In this document: in pieces, positions 32,201 to 47,204 of the stretch
How positions within the stretch are numbered: the stretch's first letter is position 1
Layout: every line of letters begins with the position of its first letter
NCBI RefSeq assembly: GCF_009914755.1
Contig: NC_060929.1
Origin: the human T2T-CHM13v2.0 reference genome, Homo sapiens
Strand: one strand, 5' to 3'
Length of the DNA stretch: 64,000 nt
The notes under the pieces: generated by a model
The model's input: the letters and a program-made list of their open reading frames with translations, nothing else
Database searches by the model: none
Told to the model about the DNA's origin: nothing
Position numbers and translations under genes: made by a program

Positions 32201-34229
32201 TGCCCATGCTTTTGTACTCAGTTGCATTTGCCAGCTGAAAGGGTGAGGCTGGTTGTCCAGCCCTTGCGGGGAGAGACTGATTCTGTACCACAGATTTACT
32301 TGGAGGACAGAGCACAGTAGGGGTCATTTGGGTCTACCTCCCCCTTCCCTCTTGGGCCCCCCTTGCACACACAGGGGCAGTCTAGCTGCTGAGTGTGGTC
32401 TTTGTGTCCTGGATATTAGATGTCATCTGAGCTCCTTAATATTTTTCCGAAGTGAAGAAAAAAAAGGTCACCCACAAATATTTATTTAGTGCCTACGAGA
32501 TGAACAGCGGCAGTTTGCCCTGCTCTAGATCGGTGGTAAAGTAGCAGTTCCAGCCAGAAGCCAAATAAAAGCTGGAGCTCATGTCAGAAGAGGAAAGGGC
32601 TACAGATGTACACCGCTAGACAGGCTGTGGACTCTCTGCCTCTGCAGTACTGAACTATTATATATTGTCTTCTCAGCTAATTTTTTTAAGGTCTAATTTA
32701 GGAAAAGCAGGGAACAGTATTAGGTATTTAGAGAGATTCAAAAGAAATGGTAGCCATTCCTGAAATACAGAAATTCAATAGAAACTTTAACCTATAAATA
32801 ATATGCACCATATAACATATGATATAAAAGTTGCATATAAAGTCCCAGAATGTTTTCTGCCATTCCTAAGGGATGTTCAGCACATATAAACCTTGTTTAG
32901 GTGTCATCTTACTGGTAGGGGGCTGTTGTGCTCCATTTGTCTGTTCGGAGAACCAGAAGCTTGGCTGCAGTGGTCAGTTGGGTCTACAGATTTTTTGTCT
33001 GTTTGTTTGTTTTTTACAGAATCTAAAATGGTTGTTTAACTTGAGACTTTTTAAAGATACAGAAACCTTAATTAGGAATGATTGTAGAATGAGATCTTTA
33101 CAGTAGAAGCTCATATTTGATAAGACCAAAACCAGTAATGAGCCAATTAATAAAAATATTTGGTTAAAGTCCCAAATTCTAAAAACTATAATAACATGGC
33201 ACATGCAAATTCATTTGACAATATTTAAATGTAGAGTCAAGACCTCCCCTCTATTCTAGTATAAATCTGTATTTTGAAGTCTTTTTTGCATAAATCACAT
33301 CCATAACACATCTCTCTCCAGTTTCAATTTATCTAAAGTGAATCAGACATTTCTCAGACATTCTGAATCTAGACCATGTTGGGGTTTTTATGATTCCTGT
33401 TCCAGTCTTTTAAACTTTTCTTACTAACACCTATTGTAATAGTCATTTTTTTTTAAATCGAGACTTTCCAGAGCATTCAACTCTGTTTCAGAACAACAAC
33501 TATACTCTTTTCTGCTCATCTAGTTTGACAATTTTCATAATATTTAATTAAAATATGCTTAATTTAATTAATTAAAATACTACAATCACAAGTCTAATTA
33601 ACCCAAACAGGCCTGGGAACAAACACAACAGACTCTTGGTTAGTAAATAACAGCAGAAGTGGGAGCAGAAGTCCTTGGATACATTGGAGAGTAGTTACTG
33701 CCCTCAAGTGCCCAGCATGCTGTGCATATCAGAAAATTCGGTTCACAGAGGGAACGGAGAGCGTCTGTGAATCTGGCAAGTTGGTTAAGTTGAAGTCAGC
33801 TGAGAACTTTGGTATAAAGTTATCTAAGCAGTTAATGTGTATTTAACTACCTAATATATGCTGTGTGCTTCTGGATTAACATCATTAAAGGACTGGTTAA
33901 ATTCACACGGACATACACATACCTAAAAGCAGAAATATTTTTATCAGGTGTACATAAAGGAAATGTTAATTCTGGCCCTGTTGGAAGCTTCCTTCTCTCT
34001 GTGAATATTCTTGAGTGTTCTATCCTGAATGTCTATTTGTGGTGTAATATCTATATATCAGTACTTTCGTATTAATCACAGAAGTTTAAAATATCTCAAT
34101 AAAATATAGATAGTATTTACTTTACAGGCTTTTATAAGAATTAGCGAAACAATGCATGCAGAGTGTTTAGCTTTAGCCCTCTCTGTCCATTTTGCTTTTG
34201 AGTACAATTATCCAATGTTCCGGCTTTTA

Positions 34230-35082
34230 GTACAGAGTCTACAACTAATAAATGTAGAAGGAATAATAGAAACAGGAAATTATTATTTTACAACCACCAT
34301 AATACTTATTTCATCAAAAATTATTAATGGATGCTAAAATCATTGGATGAAAGAACATTGGGAAATAAAATGTTCAAACAATTTTACCTCATAGATTCTT
34401 ATTTATTACTAAGGGAAAATGTACATTTAACAATGGAGAAATCTGGTGGCTACTGCCTTCACCAAGAGACATACTTAGCACCACCAATGAGGTACAAACT
34501 CACATTGAGAGGTCCCTAATTTGATGCACACAATGTCATCTGCCCCTCCTGAAAAAACCCAAGTTTAACCTAAATCTAAGTACGAGAAAATAGTCAAACA
34601 AATCAAATTGAGAAACACTTTGCAAAACAAAACATCGGTAACAAAATACGTGTATCAATGTTGCAAACTAGAGAGAAAGACTGGGAACTGATGTAGGTTA
34701 AAAGAGACTGAAGAGGCCAAACACGGTGGCTCACGCCTGTAATCCCAGCATTTTGGGAGGCCGAGGTAGGCAGATCACCTGAGGTCAGGAGTCGAGACCA
34801 GCCTGGCCAACATGGAGAAACCCCCTCTCTACCAAAAATACAAAAATTAGCCAGGCACAGTGGCGGGCGCCTGTAATTACAGCTACTCGGGAGGCTGAAC
34901 AGGAGAATTGCTTGAACCCAGGAGGTGGAGGTTGAAGAGACAATTGAAGAAATTTGAATATGGCCTGTAATATGTAATGTTATCATATCAATGTTAAATT
35001 TCCAGTCTTACGGTTATGTAAGAGAATGTCTTTATTATTAGGAGAAAAGTGTCAGCAAAATAATGTGTATGCATATAAAAGC

Positions 35083-35117
<35 letters not shown>

Positions 35118-35280
35118 AACAAATACACCTATACATATGTACAGAGAGAGAAAGCAAATGTAACAAAATGTTTAGTAATTGGGAAATCTAGATAAAGGTT
35201 ATATGGAGGTTCATCTCACTATTCTTGGAACTTTTCTGTAGCTTTGTAATCTTTCAAAATAAAAGCTGGGGGAAATAAAG
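34230..35280 (+). mobile_element. L1MC/MD 3' fragment with a nested truncated Alu and (TA)n
   Basis: acaatggagaaatctgg...gaaatctagataaaggttatatggaggttc...tttcaaaataaaag. Confidence 0.65.
34715..34934 (+). mobile_element. 3'-truncated AluS (no A tail)
   Basis: The Alu stops at ...ggaggtggaggttg and joins directly to L1 sequence. Confidence 0.88.
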
Positions 35281-35307
35281 GCATATCTGTAGCTTTAGTA
35301 CTGCTTT

Positions 35308-35628
<321 letters not shown>

Positions 35629-36984
35629 TGCTTTTCTTAATTTACAGTTACACAGAGCTGTGCAATGTTAGACCAGCCAGTATGGAATCTGCAAAATTTT
35701 CCTCTGCTATTATCCAGAAATAGGTTTGCTTTGTGATGTGCAGTCTCTCCCATAGCCACCACCCACCCATACTAGAACTTGCAAAACCAAAAATTGTCTC
35801 TTGCAGAATAAAGCAGAAACAGCCTTGACATCTTTAAGTAGATTATATGCAGATTTTAAGAAAACTTGCTAATGGCAGAAGATATAGTAAAATGCTGGAC
35901 TTCTCTTAGGGCCTCAGAGCTGCTTGCGGGGATCCCCGCTAACTGCACGGAATAGTAAGCTAGTCACCGGGGTTCCCTATGCAATATATCTATACATCAC
36001 TGAGAAGATCAGGAACAATAAACTGACCAAAAAGCCAACATAAGAAAAGAAAGGTTGATGGCAATCCTGTGAGACATGTCACTACCGAACCAATGACGAC
36101 TCCTTCAGGAGAAGGTACCTGACCACACAGGCCAGAAAAAGCTTGCTCAGCTGGAGGCATCTCAGTGGAGATTCCAGCGCCCAAGAGCGAAGGGTCAGCC
36201 CTGCCACCCGCCAACAGAGTAACGACGTGTGCACAGTGGCGCATCGCCACCATGGAAATGTGGCGTTTCCTCACCTCACAAGCAGTCTTGTCGGCAGGAT
36301 CCAAATATAAGAAAGGGAGTCCTAATATCTTTCAGGTCAGGAAAACTACCAAGGTAAACTCCAGATCACAAGATGAGAAAATTCAGACAGGCAAGAGGTA
36401 CGAGGGAGTGGTGGAAGGCTAACTTTCTGCCTGGAGGGTTGACTGTGACAAGCCCAGTTCTTAAGAAGAATACTTGAGAGTTACTGTCTTAGAGCTTGAC
36501 AAGTTTGTGTTTAGTAATTCCCTTCTTTTTCAACCTAAGGTCATACTTTTCTTTTGGTGGTAGAGAAAAAGAGAAGCTGAAGACAACAAATGATAGTGAA
36601 GAGACTGCTCCCCACCTGCACAGGCTATGTCCTGTAGTCTCAGGATCAGAGCAATGAGAACGGTATAGGAAGGTTATAGAGCCTCTTGCTTTTGGTGTGA
36701 GAGAATGGTCATGTTTGTTTGAGCCAGACTTTAGTAGTCTAGAATGGGAAGACATTTTGAACGACAATAACAAAAAAGTCAGTCTTAAGGAGAAATGTAA
36801 AAACCAAAAAGCCAACATGAACAAGCCATGGGAAGTACTAAACATAGGCACAATTGTTGCTGCTCCTACTTTATTATATGTGGATTTTCTGCTTCTAGAA
36901 TCATGTCCTTCAGGAATCACAAACATTCTCAAGAATAGAAAACATCAAAAAATAAAGGAATGCTTTAAATATGGTAACGCACAG

Positions 36985-37190
36985 GGGATAATAATTTCTA
37001 AACTTTCTGAGTACTTACTCTGTCCCAGGCACTGTTCTAAGTACATTATCTCATTTACTCTTGAATTCTGTGTGTTAGGTGCTATAGGTCCCATATTACT
37101 GATGGAGAAACAGAGGCATAGAGCAGTTAAATAGTCTACCCATGGCAGAGCCAGGGTTTGAAGACAGGTGGCCCACATGCTCTTAACTCA
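36985..37190 (-). mobile_element. MIR SINE
   Basis: tgagtacttactctgtcccaggcactgttctaag...gatggagaaacagaggcatagagcagttaaata. Confidence 0.75.
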
Positions 37191-37359
37191 CCATTTTTGC
37201 TTAGCCTTCTAAGCAATATCTATGAAATCATGCTTTTGCTAGTCTATAGGGTTTTAAAAATTTAAATTAAAACAAACGCATAACTATTAAAATCTCTTGG
37301 GTTGCAGCAGTATGAATGGCCCACTTTGGGAAAGAATATGAGGCTCCTATTTCTGGCCT

Positions 37360-37500
37360 CAGAATCACTTGGGTGTAGTAGTGAGAAAGGCAGATTCCTC
37401 AGTCACACCATAGATCTACTGAATCAGAACTGTAGGCAATGGGCTGCCTTTTAAACAGGCTCTCCAGGACATTCTTGTGCAGCCTAAAGTTTAAGAACAA
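37360..37500. mobile_element. MER5A-like DNA transposon
   Basis: cagaatcacttggg...tactgaatcagaact...aagtttaagaac. Confidence 0.6.
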
Positions 37501-38378
37501 TCCCATTATGGGTCCCCCTAAAGGACGTATAATGGTCAAGGGTTCGCTATTGAATCTGAGATAATTAAAGAATTTAAGCAAGATAATGGGGATAAAATCC
37601 AGGACCGTACCAGACCACCCTAGGAGAAAGCTGTGGAGACCATTAGAGATAACCTGGATGATGGTGGAGGAGAAAAGCTAATGGCTGCAAAATAAATGAA
37701 ATCCCTAGTTTCTTTTGTACCAAGAATGATTCCCCAGGAGAGTTGCTTTGCGGTCTTGTTTGAGTGACAGTTTTGACTGCTGATAAATCTTATCAGAGAA
37801 TGTATTAAGGTAGCAGTGTGTGATGGTCAAGGTTAAGGTGCCTAGAAAGGGAGAGATGGAAGGCTTCCAGAAAATCAGAAGTCCACAAAGAAGAGGCATG
37901 ACTGCAGCCCAGGGCCCAGTAGAACCTGATGGAGGGAGCCATTTAAGAATTGGAGCTGTGGGCAAAGCAGAAGTTGGCTGACCCATGGAAATCAGAGGTA
38001 CAACTGGAGCTGCATGAAGAAAGCTTTCAATTTTGTGTATCTGCTAGGAGAGAATTTCTGTGTAGGGAGAGACCCAGCCTTTGCTGAGAAGATGTTTTGG
38101 TAAGCCAGCATGTAAGGAAGCCTTAGGGCTTGGTTTCAAGGTAGAGAAGAAAGCTCTTCTGCATACTAAGCAGGTGGAGTTGGAAAAAGCCTCGGGGAGG
38201 GGTAGCTGTCAGAGGAGGGGTTTCTGCAGTCTCCTGAGGATAGAGAAGAGGTGTCTATATGGATGTCTCCAGTGAGGTGCTGACATTGTGTGATTTGACC
38301 TTTTTGCACAAATTACCAGTAAAACACACATATCAACAATATATGGATGACTAGATTCCTGCAAGCTGGGGTGTGGGG

Positions 38379-40704
38379 TGATATAGTTTGGCTCTGTGTC
38401 CCCACCTAAATCTCATCTCAAATTGTAATCCCCATATGTCGAGGAAGGACCTGATGGGAGGTGACTGGATCATGGGGGCAGTTTCCCCTTGCTGTTCTCA
38501 TGATAGTGAGGGAGTTCTCACGAGTTCTGATGGTTTAAAAGTGGCAGTTTCCCCTGCACTCTCTCTCCTACTGCCATGTAAGACATGCCTTGCTTCCCCT
38601 TCACCTTCTGCCATGATTGTAAGTTTCCTGAGGCCTCTCCAGCCATGCAGAACTAGGAGTCAATTGAACCTCTTTTGTTTACAAATTGTCTGGTCCCAGG
38701 TAGTATCTTTATAACAGTATGAAAACGGACTGATACAGAGAATTGGTACTGGCAGAGTGGGGCACTGCTATAAAGATAACCTGAAAATGTGGAAGCAACT
38801 TTGGAACGGGGTAACGAGCAGAGGTTGGAACAGTTTGGTGGGCTCAGAGGAAGACAGGAAGATGTTGGAAAGTTTGGAACTTCCTAGAGACTAGTTGAAT
38901 AGTTTTGACCAAAATGCTGGTAGTGATATGGAAAATGAATTCCAGGCTGAGGTGGTCTCAGATGGAGATGAAGAGGTTATTGGGAACTTATTGGGAACTG
39001 GAGCAAAGGTCACTCTTGCTATGCTTTAATAAAGAGATTGGTGGCATTTTGCCACTGCCCTAGAGATCTGTGGAATTTTGAACTTGAGAGAGATGATTTA
39101 GGGTAGCATTTGAAAGCTACAAAGCATTCAAGACGTGACCTGGCAGATTCTGGAAGTGTTCACAAAGAGATGGTCTGATATTGGAACTTATGTTTAAAAA
39201 GGAAGCAGAGTGTCAAGGTTTGAAAATTTTGCAGCCTGACCATGTGGTAGAAAAGAAAAACCCATTTTTCTGGGGACGAATTCAAGCCAGCTGCAGAAAT
39301 TTGCATAAGTAACAAGGAGCCGAATGTTAATAGCCAAGACAATGGGAAAAATGTCTCCAGGGCATTTCAGAGATCTTTGCAGCAGCCCCTCTCATCACAG
39401 GCCTGGAGGTCTAGGAGGAAAAAAATGGTTTCCTGGGCTGGTCCAGGGCCCCCTGCTATGTGCAGTCTTAGGACTTGGTGCCTTGCATCCCAGCCACTCC
39501 AGCTCCAGCCATGGCTAAAAGGGGCCAAGGTACAGTTTGGACTGTGGCTTCAGAGGGCGCAAGCCCCAAGCATTCGTGGCTTCCACAAGGCTGGGCCTGC
39601 AGGTGTGCAGAAGACAAGAGTTGAGCTTTGGGAGCCTCTGCCTAGATTTCAGAGGATGTATGGAAACACCTGGATGTCCAGGAAGAGGTCTGCTGCAGGG
39701 GTGGAGCCCTCATGGAGAACTTCTGCTAGAGCAGTGCATAAGGGAAATGTGGGGTTGGAGCCCCACTGGAGCACTGCCTAGTGGAGCTGTGAGAACAGGG
39801 CCAGCATCCCCCAGACCCTAGAATGGTAGATCCGCTAACAGCTTGCACTGTGCACCTGGAAATATCACAGGCACTCAGCGCCAGCTGGTGAAAGCAGCCA
39901 TGGGGGCTATACCCTGCAAAGCCACAGAGGCGGAGCTGCCCAAGGCCTTGGAAGCCCAGCTCTTGCATCAGTATGCCCTAGATGTGAGACATGGAGTGAA
40001 AAGAGATTATTTTGGAGTTTTAAGATTTAATGACTGACCCATTGGGTTTCAGACTTGCATGGGGCCTGTGGCCCTTTTGTTTTGGCCAGTTTCTCCCATT
40101 TGGAACAGGAACATTTCCCGAATGCCTGTACTCCTATTGTATCTAGGAAGTAACTAACTTGCTTTTGATTTTACAGGTTCATAGGCAGAAAGGACTTGCC
40201 TTGTCTCAGATGAGACTTTGGACTTGGACTTTTGGGTTAATGCTGGAATGAGTTAAGACTTTGAGGGACTGTTGGGAAGGAATGACTGGTTTTGAAATGT
40301 GAAAAGGACATGAGATTTGGGAGAGGCCAGGGGCAGAATTGTATGGTTTGGCTCTGTGTCCCCACCCAAATCTCGAGTCAAATTGTAATCCCCACATGTG
40401 GAGGGAGGGACATGTTGAGAGGTGATTAGGTCATGGGGGTGGTTTCCCCATGCTATTCTCTGATAATGAGGGAGTTCTCATGAGATCTGATGGCTTAAAA
40501 GTGGGAGTTCCCCTGCAGTCTCTCTCTCTCTCTCCTGCCACCATGTAAGACATGCCTTGCTTCCCCTTCACCCTCCATCATGACTGTAACTTTCCTGAGG
40601 CCTCTCCAGCCATGTAGAACTGTGAGCCAATTAAACCTCTTTTGTTAATAAATTACCCAGTCTCAGGTAGTATCTTTAGAGCAGTGTGAAAACAGACTAA
40701 CACA
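38379..40704 (+). mobile_element. Full-length THE1D (MaLR) element: 5' LTR 38379-38737, internal region, 3' LTR 40339-40704
   Basis: Two direct ~360-bp LTRs (tgatatagtttggctctgtgtcccc...gactgataca) around a ~1.6-kb THE1 internal region with a purine tract before the 3' LTR. Confidence 0.92.
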
Positions 40705-41073
40705 GGGGACTGAGAGTTGCCTTGGTATAGTCAGTGCTTAATCAATTAACCCATGCAGACAAAGGGACAGCTGCTAGGTGGCTTATACAATCAATGGAGA
40801 ATTTGCAGGTGTGTAGACCCAGCTAGAGAATGGAGATGGCTTTGTTTGAACACATTGCTGGGGTATGTGTGACAATGCAGGTTTATGAGGGTCCTGAAAG
40901 ACACCAAATGAGGCCCAAGAAATTGAGTCCAACTGGAGGTGGGCTGGAAGAGAAGTATCTTGTGAGGAAACATTTTTGGAGGAATTTCACTGAGAAACAA
41001 AAGTAGAAACTTCACGGGGCTACTGCCAGGAACAACCAGGCTACAGAGTTTGTAGTTCATAAGTACCAAGATG

Positions 41074-41519
<446 letters not shown>

Positions 41520-44500
41520 ATAAGTACCAAGATGATGCAAAGGAAGAAATTTTCCCCTCAAGATGGACAAATATCTAAGCAATTGGGAGGTGCATTCTCT
41601 GGTAACATGAGAGGTTTGTACAAGCATGAAGCCAATCAATGTAAAGTGATACCTGTCATGAGACAATGTAGAAACCTTGCTTTCATTTGAAGAGGGTTTG
41701 ATAAAGAAGGCAAAGGGAAAACATGGAAAGAGGATCTGGCACCCTAAAATGAGCACAACCCTAACATGTGACCTGGAAGCGGTTCTCTTTCTGTTACGGT
41801 GCTGTAGCACAAGGCCCTCTGGACCCATCGACTCAGTTACTTCCTGCCCAGCAGCCCCTGGTCTTTCAGTTTAACTATTTCACACAGATTTTCCAAGTGC
41901 CTTTATTTTCTCAAAGTCTGTTATTCCTCCTCTAAAATTCAGAAATGTGTAACTTCTATTTATTTTTAGCCCCTTTTCTACTATATATGCATCATTTTGA
42001 ATTTTTATTCCATTCTTAATACTAGGGGTTCTCAAGAATTTTCCAACCCAACTTGAACTTTGGATTCCCATTTCCCTTAGTTTTTACATGAAATCTTTCA
42101 AAAACTGTATACCTCCCACCACCCCCCCAAAATTCAGTGTAGCTAAAAAGGAAGGGAAAGGAGGCTGGTATTCTATGGAACTGACTAAGGCGAACACCAG
42201 GTTTTAGGATGGGTGAGGCTGTATACTCTGGTAGATAACACCATGGAATTTGACTTTACTCTTCCAATTTAAATGATACAGGTGTCAATGAAGATATGAG
42301 ATGATATCAAGTTTGTCAAGATTCAATGAATATGCCTCTGAGGGCTTCCCTAGATTTCCCCATGTAAATGCATTAGGGAGATGATGAAGGTCAGCTCTCT
42401 AAGATGTGAAGTTGGCTAGGCTGAGGGAGCATCCAAAGGGGACTTTTGCTGTATTTTGTACCTCCTACTATGTCATCCTGAGACTCCAACAAAATTACTT
42501 TATATGGTGGCAAAAATGGCTCTGGGCTAGCATTGTCATCTGGATCTAGCATTCAGGGGTCAGGAACGGTTTCTTATGTTACAGAACTATGTTGCCAAAC
42601 CAGCCACGGATTATAGAATCATCCCTGGGCACGGTAAAGTGAACAGTCACACCACAACATTGTGATGAGGACCAGTCTGTGGGCCCATGCTATCACACAG
42701 CTGGTGGGCCAAGAAGCCTAGGAGGCACTGAGCAGGGCAGGTCTGGCTTGGCCACCACCAGTAGCTCAGCTGTTTGAGGAAGGAGGGCTTGCAACTAAAT
42801 GTTCAACGGTGAGGAAGAGGAAGGGAGGCAGTGCAGATCTGGTGTTGCAGAGCAGTTCCAACTGGCCCTGACACATTGCTGAGATATGCTGCATATTGCA
42901 GGGAAACATTGTGATTGATACTGCACTCTGAGCACCACAGCTAGAAGGCCACTCTCTAGACCCTCCGTGTATTTCTGCTACCATAGTTGAGTTCTATACT
43001 TATCCAGACTCAAGACTATTTGTTCCCCAGACTGTTGCATATCAGCTAAACTTATCATTATTCATAAGTAAATTAAGTTAAATATTATATAAATATATGA
43101 AATATGAATGCAAAAATCAAGGCTGTCCTTTTGAAAACCTGGTCGAATATTTTGACAAGATTCAATAAAAGTAAGTTGCTGGGCAATGATTAAAATAGAA
43201 AGGCTATTATAAAATTCTAGAAGGATTCTGCATTCAGTTTGTCCAATAGTATCTTTAAGTTTTTGGTTCCCTTTAAATGAGTTATCATTGGAAACAGCAG
43301 AGGTTGTATAATGAGTGCACTTTATGCAAGAAAGACGAAGCAGAACTCCAGTCAACTCACTGACATTCGAGTATAATAAAAAGCCTGGGCCTTATATCAA
43401 AAGCTGGACACAGTTACTTTAATTTAAAACAAGCATTCATATGTCTGTCTATGTTTTTTTCTTATGATTCACCTCTTTAACCATTATCTTTCATTAACCA
43501 GCCAACTCCCAGTCCTGATTGCATTGGAGAAGAAGCCCTCTGTGGAGCCTCCACTCTCATTATTCTATTGAGATCCATGGAATTAGGAATTCCCATCCTC
43601 AGTTTCTTCTTGGAGGTACAGAGCAGTAGCATTCCATGAAGGAGGAACTTCAAAAGAGATTGTGTAATTCAAAGGTTTGTTAATTTCAGCCTAATCATGA
43701 CCAAAAGAAAAAGGACAAGTATTTATATTTATCAGCTGAAAATGGCACTACTATAGCAATAGCATAAACCCAATTACAAATCCCTTATATAAAAGCTTGG
43801 AAATTAAGATTTTTTAATACATTTAGATGTTGTTTCAGAATTTGCATTCTTTACATTTTGTCCATGAACGCTTTGTTAATTATTTTATATGACATAATTT
43901 CAAAAAGCCTTAATTCTAATTTGCAAAAATTAGGATTGCCCTACATTGGAAGCAACCCACTCCTGAGGTAGCATAAGTCTCTTGAAGAAAACTCTGTTCT
44001 GGGCAATGCCTCTCTTCTTGATGGCATGGTCCTCTCCCCTGAGCTTGGTTTTGGCATAGAAGCTTATGCTCATTGTAAGTGGTGATCTTTCTGAGTTTTT
44101 TCCCCAGAATGAGTCACTTCTTTGAGCTTTTCTCTTTCCTCATATGCTATAGGTCTCTAGTAATATCACTGGGCTTCAGTTTGTTCAAGTTCCTCAATAT
44201 GAATCTTGTGAATGACTTTGCAGGTTACCTTATTTTTAAAGTACAGAACCAAGATATTTATCTACAAAAGCATTTAACACCTCTAGGCAATTAGATTTCT
44301 TCAACATGTCTCTCTTCATCACTAGGTTTCTAATGAGAGTGTCAAACAACTCTAGACCCTTTCCAATACTTTCAGATGACCTGTTATAGTCCTTTAGATT
44401 AAATATGAGGCACTGATACATGTTATCTTGGCTCTACCAAGTGTCTTTGGCCAGTGTTTCTCAAATTGAATTCTAGGACTTAGGAAGGCCAACAGAGAGT

Positions 44501-44749
44501 TCTAAGGGCATTACAGAAATGAGAGAAGCAGAGACAAAGACTGCAACAAAAGGAACTGTTCCCCTCTCCCCTGGACCCTTCTGTTTGAATTTCTTGCTTT
44601 TATTCAGAAATAGCTCATTTATCTGAAGGTCCCTTATGCGGTGAAGTCAATCAACTGGTATATTTGTAGCACCCAGAAATTGAGCAAAAAAGGCCTCCAA
44701 ACTCCAAAACTTTTCAAAATGTCATGCATGGTATTTGGACCTTTTACTC

Positions 44750-46000
44750 TTTTGTATAACAGCTTTTACTGAATTATAATTCACATACCTAAAATTCAAT
44801 CTTTTTTTTTTTTTTAATTGAGATAGAGTCTTGCTCTGTCACCGAGGCTGTAGTGCAGTGGCGTGATCTTGGCTCACGGCAACCACTGCCTCCTGGGTTC
44901 AAGTGATTCTCCTGTCTCAGTCTTCTGAGCAGCTGGGACTACAGGCACATGCCACCACGCCTGGCTAATTTTTTTTTTTTTTTTTTGTATTTTTAGTAAG
45001 GATGGGGTTTCACCATGTTGGCCAGACTGGTCTCGAACTCCTGACCTCAGGTGATCCGCCTGCCTCAGCCTCCCAAAGTGCTGGATTACAGAAGTGAGCC
45101 ACCATACCCAGCCTAAAATTCAATCGTTTAAAGTGTACAATTCAGTGGTTTTATACACACACACACACACACACACGGTAGTGCAAACATCTCGACCATG
45201 TAATTCCAGAACATTTTTATCACCCCTCAAAAAACTCAAACTCCTTAGCAGTCACTCCCTAGTCTCCTCTTCCTCCAACCCTAGGCAACCACGCATCTCC
45301 TTTCTGTCTCCATGGATTTTCCTATTCTGGAAATTTCATATAAATAGAACTGTGCAATATGTGGCCTTTTGTGATCGGCTTTCTTTCAGTTAGCATAATA
45401 TTCTCAAGTTTCATCAATGTTGTATGTTTACATCTGTGAAGTACTGTATGATATGTCAGTACTTCATTCCTTTTTTGAAATTGTGGTAAAATAGACATAA
45501 CAAATTTATCATAAGTATACCATTCAGTGTCATTAAGTACATTTACAACATTGCACATTTACAACATTGCACAATCAGTATCATTATCTAGTTCCAGAAC
45601 TTTTTCATCATCTCAAACAGACACTCTATACCTATTAAGCTGTCACTCCCTATTTCCCAATCTTCCCAGGCCCCTGGAAACCACTAATATACTTTCTGTC
45701 TCTATAGATTTGCCTTTTCTGGACATTTCATGTAACTGAAATGATATAATATGTGGCCTTGTGTCTCTGGCTTATTTCACTCGGTATGTTTTCAAGACTC
45801 ACTCGTGTAGCACATATCAGTATTTCTTTTTATAGCTGAATAATATTCCATTGTTTGGATATATAACATTTTGTTTGTCCATTCATCTGTTGATGGACAT
45901 TTGGGTTGTTTTTACCTTTCAGCTATTGTAAACAGAACTGCTATGAACATTGTAAATAAGTTTCTATTTAAACATCTGTTTTCCACTCTGTTAGGTTTAT
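44750..46000 (-). mobile_element. L1MA/MB 3' end fragments (two adjacent copies, Alu nested)
   Basis: tttaaagtgtacaattcagtgg...gatttgccttttctggacatttca...cattcatctgttgatggacatttggg. Confidence 0.8.
44802..45113 (-). mobile_element. AluS SINE with expanded middle A-rich linker
   Basis: TSD taaaattcaatc at 44790-44801 and 45114-45125. Confidence 0.93.
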
Positions 46001-46001
46001 A

Positions 46002-46325
46002 CAGTGATGCCCCATGCCACATAACCACATAATGTTTCAGTTAATGGTGATAGGCCTGCATATACCATGTTGGTCCCCTAGGATTATGTTAAAATAATAG
46101 TATACTTTTACTATACCTTTCCTATGTTTAGATAATTTAGATACACAAATACTCAACATTGTGTTACAATTGTACAGTATTCAGTACAGGTTATACCATA
46201 TAGCCTAGGTGTGTAGTAACCTGTACCATCTAGCTTTGTGTTAGTACACTGTATGATCTTTGCACAATGATGAAATCTTCTAACAAAGCATTTCTCAGAA
46301 CTTTTCCCCTTGGTTAAATGATGTT
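46002..46325 (-). mobile_element. Tigger3a (MER7A) DNA transposon
   Basis: ataccatatagcctaggtgtgtagt...ccatctag...gcatttctcagaac. Confidence 0.8.
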
Positions 46326-46626
46326 CTGGATACTAGACCCTTATCAAGTATATAAAAATAAAACCTGTGTTTGATTAAGCCACTCCAACTGAGTTTGTTA
46401 TATGCAGCCATGAAATCCTAAATGAAACTCACCAGCTTTTCTGAGGATCTGATGGGAAAACACATGTAAAGCCTGACATATAATTCAATTAGTGTTGTTT
46501 TTATTTTTACCACATTTGAATTCACTTAAAGAAATGAGCCCTACAGCACTCACTAGGTCTTAAAGATATTATTTAGTAAGTGCTTATGAATTCCTATTAT
46601 GTGCAAGACACTATGTGGACATGATA

Positions 46627-46786
46627 CAGGGTCAACGGCATAGTATGTGGCCTGTGCAATCACAAAGGACCCTGTGCCTGTTTTAATTCTCTGCTGTCGT
46701 CATCTTGAAATTCTTAATAAGTTTTCAACAAGAGGCTGCACATTTTCATTTTGCATTAGGCCCTGCACATTATGTAGCCAATTCTG
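46627..46786 (+). mobile_element. MER45A hAT-Tip100 MITE
   Basis: caggg...ctctgctgtcgtcatcttgaaattcttaataa...cattttcattttgca...ttatgtagcc. Confidence 0.75.
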
Positions 46787-47204
46787 TTATGATGAATAGG
46801 AAATTCTTTTTGTTCAGAATAATAACTGATGTTTCTAAAAATTACCATGTATTATTCAGAAAACATTAAATTCTGTTAAATAAACTGTTTAAGAAGACTG
46901 AGAAATATAGAGTACATTTTAGAAACATCTTACCGAACATGATGTAAATAAAAAAGTTTTGACATTTACAGGTAAGCTTTAGTTATCTGAAAAAATCACT
47001 TATTTAGAACAGTCAAGTGTCTGATAAATAAAATGTCAATATATTTTTCAATAACTAGAAAGAGAGAAACTGCAGGCTTTGTTATGGTAGCAGTTCTTAG
47101 GGTTTGGAGATTTGTATTGCTAAGGTTTTGGGGATTACGAAGTAAAACTTTTGAAGTAGATTTTTCCCAGTTTAGTATTGGTATAACATACAGGAAGGAA
47201 CTAG

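Noticed and set aside
39324-40037. Several ORFs within the THE1 internal region
   Set aside because: Fragmented MaLR internal ORF remnants in different frames, with an 11-bp tandem duplication at 38977-38998; not an intact gene.
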